From Escherichia coli (GTDB lineage: Bacteria; Pseudomonadota; Gammaproteobacteria; Enterobacterales; Enterobacteriaceae), in assembly GCF_003019035.1 (NCBI RefSeq), contig NZ_CP027447.1: a stretch of DNA of 64,000 nucleotides; one strand, written 5' to 3'. Below, piece by piece: positions 36,509 to 47,730 of the stretch; the first letter of the stretch is position 1; the number at the start of each line of letters is the position of its first letter. The notes under the pieces are model-generated. The model was not told the DNA's origin, did not search any database, and was given only the letters and a program-made list of their open reading frames with translations. A program made the position numbers and the translations under genes.

Positions 36509-37447
36509 CTAACCAACTTCAATTAATTGCCTTCGTCTACACCCATTATAAGATGAATACTCTTTGGCTAATTCCACCAAAACCGATGCTGCTTTTTTAA
36601 TACGATAATTTTTCGACCATACCGCGGCATATTGTGCCACAGGTAATGTTTCTTCAACCGGAATAGTAATAAATTGATTAGAACCAAAAGGTGATGTCAT
36701 ATCACATGGAATTACAGTTAAGAAATCAGCATTGAGAACAAGATTATAAATTGTCACGACTGAGTCGGTTTTAACGATGTTTTCAATACTGATGCCATTT
36801 CTTTGTAACGTAGTAAGTAGCTCGCTGTAGTACCCCATATTGGTTTGTGGCAACACCCACTGTTCGTTCTTCAACGACTCCAGCGTGGTGGTGCCGGTGC
36901 ATGTTCGGGACTTACTGGCTACCAGCACAAACTCGGACTCGAACAGCGGCTCAACATGTAAATCCTGAAGCTTCATTTCTGCGCTTAACGTACCAATCGC
37001 AAAATCAAGTCGACCGTCGCGGATTGCCGGTAAGAACGAAGACAGTTGCGCTTCATACATAGAAACCTGCGCTTTCGGGAACACCTCTTTGAACTTGTTG
37101 ATCATCCCTGACATAAAAGTAAAACCAATCAATGAAGGAAAACCAAATGAGACTTCCACCACCGCCTCAGAAGACATACCGCTTATCTCATTAACCATAT
37201 TTTTCATTTCACGGGTAATGGATTCGGAACGAGAGAGTAACAATTGACCGGCAGGTGTTAATGTTACACCGGTATTTTTCCGCACCACTAATTCCACACC
37301 AAAATAATCTTCAATATCGTTAATGATTTTACTGACGGCCGGTTGAGTTAACCCTAATTCTTTTGCAGCCGAGCCGATAGAACCACTTCTAATGACTTCC
37401 TGAAAGACTACCAGGTGCTGCGTTTTCGGAAGAAGAATAGTGCTCAT
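36509..37447 (-). CDS. tdcA: LysR-family activator of the tdc operon, TdcA
   Basis: 312 aa; N-terminal helix-turn-helix; first gene of the tdc operon. Confidence 0.88.
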   Translation of the reverse strand: MSTILLPKTQHLVVFQEVIRSGSIGSAAKELGLTQPAVSKIINDIEDYFGVELVVRKNTGVTLTPAGQLLLSRSESITREMKNMVNEISGMSSEAVVEVSFGFPSLIGFTFMSGMINKFKEVFPKAQVSMYEAQLSSFLPAIRDGRLDFAIGTLSAEMKLQDLHVEPLFESEFVLVASKSRTCTGTTTLESLKNEQWVLPQTNMGYYSELLTTLQRNGISIENIVKTDSVVTIYNLVLNADFLTVIPCDMTSPFGSNQFITIPVEETLPVAQYAAVWSKNYRIKKAASVLVELAKEYSSYNGCRRRQLIEVG

Positions 37448-37761
37448 AACGACCTACGTTAATTACCTCATTGACGGCATGAAGTGTATCAAAATGAAAT
37501 GAACAGGATATGTGCGACCACTCACAAATTAACTTTCAATACTTTCCAGGGTAACTTCACGTCAATTAAATACCTTTAAATATCAATAAGTTAAAGTATA
37601 AAAATCAGCATAAACCCTGATTTTTGTCAAAAAAAATGACGGGGATAACCATATTTTATGGCGATAACATCATTCGTTATGTGGTTAATACAAAAAAGGG
37701 GCTGAGACCATATTTCAAGCAATTACCGGATAATTACCAGGCAAAATTTGAGTTAAATTTA

Positions 37762-37980
37762 ATGAGCAAGTTCTCAAATTTTATTATAAATAAACCATTT
37801 TCAGCGATAAATAATGCGGCACGTCACATTTTTTCACGCTATTTGTTGGAGAACAAACATTTATTTTATCAATATTTTAAAATTTCGAATACAGGTATTG
37901 ATCATCTCGAACAATTGATTAACGTCAACTTTCTCCCTCATGACAGGACGTCATTTTGTGAATGCAATCGTTTTCCATAA
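37762..37980 (+). CDS. tdcR: small tdc operon regulatory protein TdcR
   Basis: ORF 37624-37980 (118 aa) trimmed to MSKFSNFIINKPF... (72 aa); divergent from tdcA; start uncertain. Confidence 0.55.
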   Translation: MSKFSNFIINKPFSAINNAARHIFSRYLLENKHLFYQYFKISNTGIDHLEQLINVNFLPHDRTSFCECNRFP

Positions 37981-38235
37981 ATTCTTCTCCCCTCATAGGT
38001 GACGAATAGCATTTTGTGTTGAGGATCACAAAACGAATAATTGCTGGTCGCCGCGATAAGGTCAGCCAAAGACAACAAGGGGAATTTTCACAGAGCTTTT
38101 GATCGGCGTAGGCCACAGAATGTTGCTTCGTTTACTGTAATGCCGGGTAAATGAGCGTTTTTTGATAGTGCGAAAGTGCCGTGCGAGGAAAATAAGCATC
38201 TATTATTGTTTGTCATGATGACAAGGCAGGCATCA

Positions 38236-38775
38236 ATGAAAGGCTTCCCAATTGCACATATTTTTCACCCTTCAATCCCGCCAATGCACGCAGTGGTTAA
38301 CAATCACAACAGAAATATTGATTATTGGACGGTAAAAAGAAAGTTTGCAGAAATTGTCTCCACCAATGACGTTAATAAAATATACAGTATAAGTAATGAA
38401 CTGCGGAGAGTATTATCTGCAATTACTGCATTGAATTTCTATCAAGGCGATGTTCCTTCTGTCATGATTCGAATCCAACCGGAAAATATGAGTCCATTCA
38501 TCATAGATATTTCTACAGGAGAACATGACGATTATATCATACAAACATTAGATGTAGGCACTTTTGCACCTTTTGGCGAACAATGTACTTGCTCAGCCGT
38601 CAATAAAAAAGAGCTGGAGTGTATTAAGGAAACGATTTCTAAGTATTGTGCAAAATTCACCCGAAAAGAAGCCATCTTACCCCCCCCTACGTATTTTAAT
38701 AAAACATCCATTCCTTCAGATTGTTGGCAAATTCTCTTTTTTTCACCCGATCATTTTAATAATGATTTTTATTGA
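38236..38775 (+). CDS. yhaB: uncharacterized protein YhaB
   Basis: ORF 38176-38775 trimmed to MKGFPIAHIF... (179 aa); low-GC gene; start uncertain. Confidence 0.6.
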   Translation: MKGFPIAHIFHPSIPPMHAVVNNHNRNIDYWTVKRKFAEIVSTNDVNKIYSISNELRRVLSAITALNFYQGDVPSVMIRIQPENMSPFIIDISTGEHDDYIIQTLDVGTFAPFGEQCTCSAVNKKELECIKETISKYCAKFTRKEAILPPPTYFNKTSIPSDCWQILFFSPDHFNNDFY

Positions 38776-38796
38776 TTATTTATAAAGGATAAAATA

Positions 38797-39984
38797 ATGT
38801 CCCCTGTTTCATCAATTGGTAATGATATTAGTAGTGATTTAGCCCGTCGAAAAATGAATGACCTTCCTGAAAGCCCCATAGGAAATAACCTCGAAGCACT
38901 AGCACCAGGCATAGAAAAACTAAAACAGACCTCTGTTCAAATGGTCACTTTACTTAACGCGTTACAACCAGGAGGGAAATGTGTTATCACTGGTGATTTT
39001 CAAAAAGAATTAGCGTACTTACAAAATGTAATTCTTTATAATGACTCCTCTCTTCGTCTGGATTTTTTTGATTATAACGCCCGAATTATTCAACGATCAG
39101 ACAATACCTGTGAACTTACAATTAATGAACCGTTAAAAAACCAGGAAATATCCACAGGCAATATCAATGTTAATTGCCCATTGAAAGACATTTACAATGA
39201 AATCAGGAGGTTGAACGTAATCTTTAGTTGTGGGAGTGGAGGTATAGTTGATCTATCCTCTCTGGACTTACGGAATGTCGATTTAGAACTTTATGATTTT
39301 ACAGATAAACATATGGCCAATACAATTTTAAATCCTTTTAAATTGGATGACACAGATTTTACTAATGCCAACATGTTTCAGGTAAATTTCGTTAGTTCAA
39401 AACAAAACGCCACAATCTCATGGGATTATTTACTAAAAATAACGCCTGTTATAACAAGCATTAACGATATGTATTCTGAAGAAAAAATTAAGCTTGTCGA
39501 AAGTTGTTTAAATGCGCTTGGAGATATTACCGAAGAACAATTAAAAATCATGAGACTTGCAATTATAGAATCTATACCAAGAGCAACTCTAACAGATCAA
39601 TTAGAAAATGAATTAACAAAAGAAATATATAAAAGCTCATCGAAAATTAACAATTACTTGAACAGAATTAAATTACCAGAGATGAAAGGATTCTCATCAA
39701 AAAAAATAGATTATTACATCGATATAATCATTAAAGATTATGAAAGCGTCAAAGAAAATGCTTATCTTATCGATCCAAAAATTAATTACAATACAGATTT
39801 AAACATAGAGGATTCTAGCTCAGAGGAATTCCTTTCAGATAATACACTAGAGAAAGACGAAAATTCTCCTGACAATTGCTTTGAGGTCGTAAAATATAAC
39901 ACATATGAAGCTTATAACTCAGAGAAGCAATATTTTACCAGAGAGGACTATACGTATGATTACGACCTTTTAAATGCAATATAG
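38797..39984 (+). CDS. yhaC: uncharacterized protein YhaC
   Basis: 395 aa; low-GC, N/K/I/D-rich; Ser-rich N-terminus; repeat-like central segment. Confidence 0.7.
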   Translation: MSPVSSIGNDISSDLARRKMNDLPESPIGNNLEALAPGIEKLKQTSVQMVTLLNALQPGGKCVITGDFQKELAYLQNVILYNDSSLRLDFFDYNARIIQRSDNTCELTINEPLKNQEISTGNINVNCPLKDIYNEIRRLNVIFSCGSGGIVDLSSLDLRNVDLELYDFTDKHMANTILNPFKLDDTDFTNANMFQVNFVSSKQNATISWDYLLKITPVITSINDMYSEEKIKLVESCLNALGDITEEQLKIMRLAIIESIPRATLTDQLENELTKEIYKSSSKINNYLNRIKLPEMKGFSSKKIDYYIDIIIKDYESVKENAYLIDPKINYNTDLNIEDSSSEEFLSDNTLEKDENSPDNCFEVVKYNTYEAYNSEKQYFTREDYTYDYDLLNAI

Positions 39985-40050
39985 ACTTAATAATTTCTTA
40001 CAAAGTCTATTATTAATACCGTAGATATTTATTCATCTTACACTATGCTC

Positions 40051-40082
40051 CAAAAGCAAAAACCCGCCGAAGCGGGTTTTTA
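40051..40082. terminator. bidirectional intrinsic terminator shared by rnpB (minus) and yhaC (plus)
   Basis: aaaaacccgccgaagcgggttttt hairpin with flanking T/A runs on both strands. Confidence 0.75.
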
Positions 40083-40090
40083 CGTAAAAC

Positions 40091-40467
<377 letters not shown>

Positions 40468-40503
40468 GGCGCGCAGTATAGAGGGTTTGCGCGCCCTTGT
40501 CAC
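40468..40503 (-). promoter_or_regulatory. rnpB promoter (-35 GTGACA, 17 bp spacer, -10 TATACT) embedded in the 3' end of garK
   Basis: On the minus strand, TATACT at 40475-40480 and GTGACA at 40498-40503 at canonical spacing from the M1 RNA 5' end at 40467. Confidence 0.6.
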
Positions 40504-41645
40504 CCCGCGTTGCGCATTCCAATCGCCAGTGTCGCGGCGATATTACGTGAAGCACGGTAAATATTGTCATAAGCCCCGCGGAATGCTTCGTCCAACGTAC
40601 CAATACTGGTCAATACGCTGAAGACCGCATCAATGCCATGCTGATGTACAACGCCAACATCATTGGTCAGGCTACCCGCAATGCCAATCACCGGTTTATG
40701 GTACTTTTTCGCCACGTTTGCGACGCCAATCGGAACCTTGCCGTGTATACTCTGGCTGTCAATACGCCCTTCACCGGTGATCACCAGCGTACAATCGTGA
40801 ATATGTTCCTCCAGATTCAGCGCCGTCGTGACGATTTCAATACCGCTTTTCAGTTCCGCACCAAGAAACGCCATCAGCGCCGCGCCCATACCGCCCGCAG
40901 CTCCTGCGCCGGGGACATCTTTCACATCAACATGCAGCGCTTTTTTAATGACATCGGCATAGTGAGAGAGGTTATTGTCCAGCTCGACAATCATCGCTTC
41001 ACTGGCTCCCTTTTGTGGGCCAAAGATGCGCGATGCGCCGTTATCGCCCACCAGCGGATTGGTGACATCACAAGCGACGCGAATGACGCAATCTTTTAAG
41101 CGCGGATCGAGGCCGGAAATATCAATATCATTCAGAGTATTAAGACTACCGCCGCCAAAACCAATTTCATTGCCGTTGGCGTCGCATAATTTCGCCCCCA
41201 GCGCCTGTACCATGCCTGCACCGCCATCATTTGTAGCGCTACCGCCAATGCCGATAATAATGTTTGTCGCGCCGCTCTCCAGCGCCTGCAGAATTAACTC
41301 GCCTGTGCCGCGTGAAGTGGTCACGAGTGGATCACGTTTTTCCGCAGGTACCAGCTCCAGCCCACTGGCCGCCGCCATTTCAATAAACGCGGTTTTGCCA
41401 TCGCCGGAGATCCCCCAACTGGCATTCACCTTCTCGCCCAGCGGCCCTGTAACCCAGGCGTGACGTTCGGAACCCTGGGTGGCTGCAATCATCGCTTCCA
41501 CCGTTCCTTCGCCACCGTCGGCAACAGGAACAGAAACGTACTGTGCATCAGGAAAAATTTCCCGAAATCCTTTTTCTATCGCCTGCGCAACCTCGCTGGC
41601 AGATAAACTTTCTTTATAAGAGTCTGGGGCGATTACGATTTTCAT
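40500..41645 (-). CDS. garK: glycerate 2-kinase GarK
   Basis: ORF 40500-41726 trimmed to MKIVIAPDSYKESLSA... (381 aa). Confidence 0.88.
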   Translation of the reverse strand: MKIVIAPDSYKESLSASEVAQAIEKGFREIFPDAQYVSVPVADGGEGTVEAMIAATQGSERHAWVTGPLGEKVNASWGISGDGKTAFIEMAAASGLELVPAEKRDPLVTTSRGTGELILQALESGATNIIIGIGGSATNDGGAGMVQALGAKLCDANGNEIGFGGGSLNTLNDIDISGLDPRLKDCVIRVACDVTNPLVGDNGASRIFGPQKGASEAMIVELDNNLSHYADVIKKALHVDVKDVPGAGAAGGMGAALMAFLGAELKSGIEIVTTALNLEEHIHDCTLVITGEGRIDSQSIHGKVPIGVANVAKKYHKPVIGIAGSLTNDVGVVHQHGIDAVFSVLTSIGTLDEAFRGAYDNIYRASRNIAATLAIGMRNAG

Positions 41646-41741
41646 ACCTATGCCTGTTACCACATGACGCCGGAGGGCGTTTCTCTTATTCGGCCTGGAT
41701 TCCAGGCCCGGATTGCAATACGCCATCCGGGCACGACGTCA

Positions 41742-42626
41742 TTAACGAGTAACTTCGACTTTCGCCAGTTTTTCGTAGTAGCACGCCAGGGCGCTATGAT
41801 CTGCCGTTCCTAAACCATCTGCTCGCAGTGCCTGCATCATCTCCATAACCGCAGCTGTGAGCGGCAGTTGCGCGCCGACGCCGTGGGAAGTATCCAGCGC
41901 ATTTGCCAGATCCTTAATATGCAGATCAATACGGAAGCCCGGCTTGAAGTTGCGGTCCATCACCATCGGCGCTTTGGCATCCAGCACGGTACTGCCCGCC
42001 AGTCCACCGCGAATTGCCTGATACACCAAATCCGGGTTAACGCCCGCTTTGGTTGCCAGCGTTAACGCTTCTGACATCGCGGCAATATTCAGCGCCACAA
42101 TGACCTGATTCGCCAGTTTGGTAACGTTACCTGCACCAATTTCCCCGGTATGCACCACGGAACCCGCCATTGCTTTCATCAAATCATAGTATTTGTCGAA
42201 AATAGCCTTGTCGCCGCCCACCATCACTGACAGCGTACCGTCGATAGCTTTCGGTTCACCGCCGCTCACCGGAGCATCCAGCATATCAATGCCTTTCGCT
42301 TTCAGCGCTTCGCTGATTTCACGGCTTGCCAGCGGTGCGATAGAACTCATATCGATCAATACCGTACCAGGCTTCGCGCCTTCAATAATCCCATTCTCAC
42401 CCAGCGCCACCTCTTTCACATGAGGGGAGTTTGGCAGCATGGTTATGATGACGTCGCACTGTTCAGCGATCGCTTTAGCCGTAGAGGCTGTTTCTGCACC
42501 TGCAGCAATCACGTCAGCAATAGCTTCTGGGTTACGGTCAGCAACCACCAGCGAGTAACCTGCTTTCAGAAGGTTTTTACTCATTGGTTTACCCATAATC
42601 CCCAGGCCAATAAAACCAACTTTCAT
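41742..42626 (-). CDS. garR: tartronate semialdehyde (2-hydroxy-3-oxopropionate) reductase GarR
   Basis: ORF trimmed to MKVGFIGLGIMGKPM... (294 aa); NAD-binding GxGxxG. Confidence 0.88.
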   Translation of the reverse strand: MKVGFIGLGIMGKPMSKNLLKAGYSLVVADRNPEAIADVIAAGAETASTAKAIAEQCDVIITMLPNSPHVKEVALGENGIIEGAKPGTVLIDMSSIAPLASREISEALKAKGIDMLDAPVSGGEPKAIDGTLSVMVGGDKAIFDKYYDLMKAMAGSVVHTGEIGAGNVTKLANQVIVALNIAAMSEALTLATKAGVNPDLVYQAIRGGLAGSTVLDAKAPMVMDRNFKPGFRIDLHIKDLANALDTSHGVGAQLPLTAAVMEMMQALRADGLGTADHSALACYYEKLAKVEVTR

Positions 42627-42661
42627 AGTCATATCAATCATCTCTCTTGTTGCGGTGGTGG

Positions 42662-43432
42662 TTATTTTTTAAAGGTATCAGCCAGTTTCTGAGTGGCAGA
42701 GCGGAAGACGCCGAGATCGCTGCCGACAGCCACAAACGTCGCCCCCCATTCCAGATAACGACGCGCATCGGCTTCGACCGGTGCGAGGATACCGCTGGGT
42801 TTGCCGTGCGCACTGGCACGGTTAAAAATATGCTGAATTGCTTTTTGTACATCCGGGTGCGAGGCATTGCCGAGATGGCCTAATGCCGCAGCCAGATCGC
42901 TGGGGCCGACGAAGATACCGTCTACGCCTTCGGTAGCGGCAATGGCATCGACGTTATCTACGCCCTGCTGACTTTCTATCTGGACCAGAATGGTGATGTT
43001 CTTGTTCGACTGAGCGAAATAATCCGCCACGGTGCCAAACATATTGGCGCGGTGAGAAACGGAGACGCCGCGAATGCCTTCCGGTGGGTAACGGGTTGAT
43101 GCCACCGCCTGCTCTGCTTCCTCTTTTGTTTCTACAAAAGGAATCAAGAAGTTATAGAAACCGATATCCAGAAGACGCTTTATAATTACCGGCTCGTTGG
43201 TCGGCACTCGCACTACTGGCGCGCTGGCGCTGCCTTTCAGGGCCATTAACTGCGGAATAAACGTGGAGATATCGTTTGGCGCATGTTCGCCATCCAGCAC
43301 CAGCCAGTCAAACCCAGCCAAACCAAGAACTTCAGTGCTAATCGGGTTAGAGAGTGCTGACCAGCAACCAATTTGTACCTGTTTCGCAGCCAGTGCGGCT
43401 TTGAATTTATTCGGGAAAACATCGTTATTCAT
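42662..43432 (-). CDS. garL: 5-keto-4-deoxy-D-glucarate aldolase GarL
   Basis: 256 aa; recognised HpcH/HpaI-type aldolase. Confidence 0.88.
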
Positions 43433-43447
43433 CGCTTATACCTTTGC

Positions 43448-44782
43448 TTATTTCTGCAATTCCATACGTTTAATGTCGCCAACTACGAAGAGGTAGCAGA
43501 CCATCGCCATCAGCGCTGAACATCCCACGAAAACCAGTGCTGCATTGAAGGAGTGCAGTTCACTTACCAGGTAGCCAATCACCAGTGGAGTGACAATGGA
43601 GGCAACATTGCCAAAGACGTTAAAGACGCCGCCGCAGAGGCCAACAATCTCTTTCGGCGCGGTGTCAGAAATCACTGGCCAGCCCAACGCACCAAATCCT
43701 TTGCCAAAGAAAGCCAGCGCCATCAGCATGACCACCAGCGTGGTGTTGTTGGTGTAGTTACATAAGATGATGGTGGAAGCCAGCAACATTCCCAGCACAA
43801 TCGGTAGCTTACGTGCCAGGGTCAGGGATAAACCGCGTTTGATCAGATAATCCGAGAAGACACCTCCCAGCACGCCGCCCGCAAAGCCACACAGTGCCGG
43901 AATCGAGGCGACCAGACCCACTTTCAGAATCGACATGCCTTTTTCCTGCACCAGATAAATTGGGAACCAGGTGAGGAAGAACCAGGTGATGGTGTTGATA
44001 AAATATTGTCCGAAAAATACGCCCAGCATCATGCGGTTAGAGAGCAATTGCTTGATGTAATGCAGTTTGGGACCGCTTGCTGCCGCACTGCCCGGCTTTT
44101 TGTGGTCCATATCGACCACCGCGCCATTTTCTGAGATAAACTTCAGCTCTTCCGCAGACATACGTGGGTGATCTGTCGGGTTATGAATCAACTTGATCCA
44201 CAGCGCCGTCAGCACAAAACCAATCACCCCCATAACGGTGAAGACGTGCTCCCAGCCCCAGGCGAAAGTCAGCCAGCCAAGCAGCGGCGAAAAGAGCGCC
44301 AGCGAGAAATATTGCGCCGAGTTAAAGATGGCGGAGGCAGTACCACGTTCTTTTGTCGGAAACCAGGCGGCGACAATACGGGCGTTCGCCGGGAATGATG
44401 GCGCTTCCGAGAACCCCAGCATAAAGCGCATAAAGAACATGGAGATCCCTGCCCAGGCCAGCGGGAACATATCAACAAAGCCTTGCAGGAAGGTGAACAG
44501 CGACCAGAAAAAGAGGCTGTAGGTGTAAACTTTTTTCGAGCCAAACTTATCAAGCAGCCAGCCGCCGGGAATTTGCATCAGCAGGTAGGCCCAGCCAAAA
44601 GCGGAGAAGATGTAACCCATCGAAACCGCACTTAACTGCAACTCTTTTGCCACTTCGGTACCAGCAATAGACAGCGTTGCACGATCGGCGTAGTTAACGG
44701 CGGTAACAATAAAAATAATCAGTAATATTAAATAGCGGGTATGCACGCCTTTCTTTTTTACGTCAACGGTGTCCAGAATCAT
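43448..44782 (-). CDS. garP: galactarate/glucarate MFS transporter GarP
   Basis: 444 aa MFS membrane ORF; first gene of garPLRK. Confidence 0.88.
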   Translation of the reverse strand: MILDTVDVKKKGVHTRYLILLIIFIVTAVNYADRATLSIAGTEVAKELQLSAVSMGYIFSAFGWAYLLMQIPGGWLLDKFGSKKVYTYSLFFWSLFTFLQGFVDMFPLAWAGISMFFMRFMLGFSEAPSFPANARIVAAWFPTKERGTASAIFNSAQYFSLALFSPLLGWLTFAWGWEHVFTVMGVIGFVLTALWIKLIHNPTDHPRMSAEELKFISENGAVVDMDHKKPGSAAASGPKLHYIKQLLSNRMMLGVFFGQYFINTITWFFLTWFPIYLVQEKGMSILKVGLVASIPALCGFAGGVLGGVFSDYLIKRGLSLTLARKLPIVLGMLLASTIILCNYTNNTTLVVMLMALAFFGKGFGALGWPVISDTAPKEIVGLCGGVFNVFGNVASIVTPLVIGYLVSELHSFNAALVFVGCSALMAMVCYLFVVGDIKRMELQK

Positions 44783-45156
44783 TTTATTTACCTCGGGTAC
44801 TTATGCTGATTTTTATTATTATGGGGAAGGTGTTATTTATGAGTTTTATTTATGCCGTTACGGCAATGAACTCGGGAATTAGTATAAGCAGCGCGAGAAT
44901 AATAATCATTGTGCAAATGCTAATTTAATTAATACTATTTAAATATTATTTTGAGCATATGCACATAAGGTTGCGCGCTAAAGCACAGATTTGCGCTTTA
45001 CCTTGCCGGACGGCACTGCAATCCCTGAAATGATTGACATTGATCACATTTCTGCGTTTAAACTCCTGACATTCTTATTTCACCCAATGAAGTCATTTAT
45101 TTTTAAATGAGACCAGGTCCTCATTTTAATAACCCCTGGCTGGAGAATATTGCACA

Positions 45157-46728
45157 ATGGCCAACATCGAAATCAGACAAGAAACGCCAACTGCGTTTTA
45201 TATAAAAGTTCACGACACAGATAATGTGGCAATTATTGTTAATGATAATGGCCTGAAAGCAGGAACGCGTTTTCCGGATGGGCTGGAATTAATTGAACAT
45301 ATTCCCCAGGGGCATAAAGTCGCATTGCTGGACATTCCAGCTAATGGTGAAATTATTCGTTATGGCGAAGTGATTGGTTACGCCGTGCGCGCAATCCCAC
45401 GCGGAAGCTGGATCGACGAATCAATGGTTGTACTACCGGAAGCGCCGCCGTTACACACGCTGCCACTGGCAACCAAAGTCCCGGAACCCTTACCGCCGCT
45501 GGAAGGATACACCTTTGAGGGCTATCGCAATGCCGATGGCAGCGTGGGCACTAAAAACCTGCTCGGCATCACCACCAGCGTCCACTGTGTAGCAGGCGTG
45601 GTGGACTATGTAGTAAAAATCATTGAACGCGATCTGCTACCGAAATACCCGAACGTCGATGGCGTGGTGGGGCTGAATCATTTGTACGGCTGTGGCGTGG
45701 CGATTAACGCACCGGCGGCAGTTGTGCCTATTCGTACCATCCACAATATTTCGCTGAACCCTAACTTTGGCGGCGAAGTAATGGTGATTGGTCTGGGTTG
45801 TGAAAAGTTGCAGCCTGAGCGCCTGCTGACTGGAACGGATGATGTGCAAGCTATTCCAGTAGAAAGCGCCAGCATTGTCAGTTTGCAGGATGAAAAGCAT
45901 GTCGGCTTTCAGTCCATGGTCGAGGATATTTTGCAGGTCGCCGAACGCCATTTGCACAAACTGAATCGACGGCAGCGAGAAACCTGTCCGGCTTCAGAAC
46001 TGGTTGTCGGCATGCAGTGCGGTGGCAGCGATGCGTTTTCTGGCGTAACGGCAAACCCGGCGGTTGGGTATGCGTCTGATCTACTGGTGCGCTGCGGCGC
46101 AACGGTGATGTTTTCAGAAGTCACGGAAGTGCGTGACGCGATCCATCTGCTGACACCACGCGCAGTGAACGAAGAGGTCGGCAAACGGCTGCTGGAGGAG
46201 ATGGAGTGGTACGATAACTATCTCAATATGGGAAAAACCGACCGCAGCGCCAACCCTTCGCCGGGCAACAAGAAAGGCGGTCTGGCAAATGTGGTGGAGA
46301 AAGCGCTCGGCTCCATTGCTAAATCGGGTAAAAGCGCAATTGTTGAAGTGCTGTCGCCTGGTCAACGCCCGGCTAAACGCGGATTAATTTACGCCGCGAC
46401 GCCAGCCAGCGATTTTGTCTGTGGCACGCAACAGGTGGCTTCGGGTATCACCGTGCAAGTGTTTACGACCGGTCGCGGTACGCCGTACGGCCTGATGGCG
46501 GTACCCGTCATTAAAATGGCAACCCGCACCGAGCTGGCGAACCGCTGGTTTGATTTAATGGATATTAATGCGGGCACCATCGCTACCGGCGAAGAAACTA
46601 TTGAAGAGGTGGGCTGGAAGTTGTTCCACTTTATTCTCGACGTCGCCAGCGGGAAGAAGAAAACCTTCTCAGATCAATGGGGACTGCATAACCAGCTGGC
46701 GGTGTTTAACCCGGCACCGGTGACCTGA
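45157..46728 (+). CDS. garD: galactarate dehydratase GarD
   Basis: 523 aa; related to altronate dehydratase (SAF/UxaA family); divergent from garP. Confidence 0.88.
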   Translation: MANIEIRQETPTAFYIKVHDTDNVAIIVNDNGLKAGTRFPDGLELIEHIPQGHKVALLDIPANGEIIRYGEVIGYAVRAIPRGSWIDESMVVLPEAPPLHTLPLATKVPEPLPPLEGYTFEGYRNADGSVGTKNLLGITTSVHCVAGVVDYVVKIIERDLLPKYPNVDGVVGLNHLYGCGVAINAPAAVVPIRTIHNISLNPNFGGEVMVIGLGCEKLQPERLLTGTDDVQAIPVESASIVSLQDEKHVGFQSMVEDILQVAERHLHKLNRRQRETCPASELVVGMQCGGSDAFSGVTANPAVGYASDLLVRCGATVMFSEVTEVRDAIHLLTPRAVNEEVGKRLLEEMEWYDNYLNMGKTDRSANPSPGNKKGGLANVVEKALGSIAKSGKSAIVEVLSPGQRPAKRGLIYAATPASDFVCGTQQVASGITVQVFTTGRGTPYGLMAVPVIKMATRTELANRWFDLMDINAGTIATGEETIEEVGWKLFHFILDVASGKKKTFSDQWGLHNQLAVFNPAPVT

Positions 46729-46876
46729 TTTCTTTTGGAACGTCCCTCGCAAAACATGGCCTTAGTGCCATGTTTTTATTGTTTAAAGTCCCCACGTCCA
46801 TTAATAATGCATTTGCATTACCTTAGTTCAAGCTTATAATTTGAGCAGAAAACAGGCTGTAAAAGGACAGTGAATC

Positions 46877-47212
46877 ATGCCCGCTAATGCTCGCTCTCAC
46901 GCTGTACTGACCACTGAATCAAAGGTCACGATACGCGGACAAACAACTATCCCCGCGCCAGTGCGTGAGGCCTTAAAACTGAAGCCAGGCCTGGACAGCA
47001 TTCATTACGAAATTCTGCCTGGTGGGCAAGTATTTATGTGCCGACTGGGAGATGAACAGGAGGATCATACTATGAATGCATTTTTGCGTTTTCTGGATGC
47101 AGATATCCAGAACAACCCGCAAAAAACTCGTCCATTCAACATTCAACAAGGAAAGAAACTTGTCGCTGGCATGGACGTCAACATTGATGATGAGATTGGC
47201 GACGACGAATAA
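46877..47212 (+). CDS. prlF: antitoxin PrlF (SohA), AbrB/SpoVT-type
   Basis: 111 aa; acidic C-terminal tail (DDEIGDDE); stop overlaps the yhaV start. Confidence 0.88.
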   Translation: MPANARSHAVLTTESKVTIRGQTTIPAPVREALKLKPGLDSIHYEILPGGQVFMCRLGDEQEDHTMNAFLRFLDADIQNNPQKTRPFNIQQGKKLVAGMDVNIDDEIGDDE

Positions 47213-47676
47213 TGGATTTTCCACAAAGGGTTAATGGTTGGGCGCTATATGCTCATCCCTGTTTCCAGGAAACCTACGACGCTTTAGTTGCCGAAGTCGA
47301 GACATTAAAGGGAAAAGATCCTGAAAATTATCAGAGAAAAGCCGCCACAAAGTTATTGGCGGTAGTCCATAAAGTGATTGAGGAGCATATCACGGTCAAT
47401 CCATCATCACCGGCATTCCGTCATGGCAAGTCGTTAGGCTCTGGGAAAAATAAAGACTGGTCACGGGTAAAATTTGGTGCTGGTCGTTATCGTCTCTTCT
47501 TTCGTTATAGTGAAAAAGAGAAAGTCATCATTCTGGGATGGATGAACGATGAAAACACTCTGCGCACCTACGGTAAAAAAACAGATGCCTATACCGTATT
47601 CAGCAAAATGTTAAAAAGAGGACATCCTCCTGCCGACTGGGAAACCCTCACCCGAGAGACAGAAGAAACCCATTGA
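47212..47676 (+). CDS. yhaV: ribonuclease toxin YhaV (RelE/ParE superfamily)
   Basis: 154 aa; ATG overlaps the prlF stop (ATGA-type overlap at 47212). Confidence 0.88.
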   Translation: MDFPQRVNGWALYAHPCFQETYDALVAEVETLKGKDPENYQRKAATKLLAVVHKVIEEHITVNPSSPAFRHGKSLGSGKNKDWSRVKFGAGRYRLFFRYSEKEKVIILGWMNDENTLRTYGKKTDAYTVFSKMLKRGHPPADWETLTRETEETH

Positions 47677-47730
47677 TGGTGTTCACAATGCCCGCCGAAC
47701 GCATTCGTGTTGACCAGCGGGCACCCTTTC

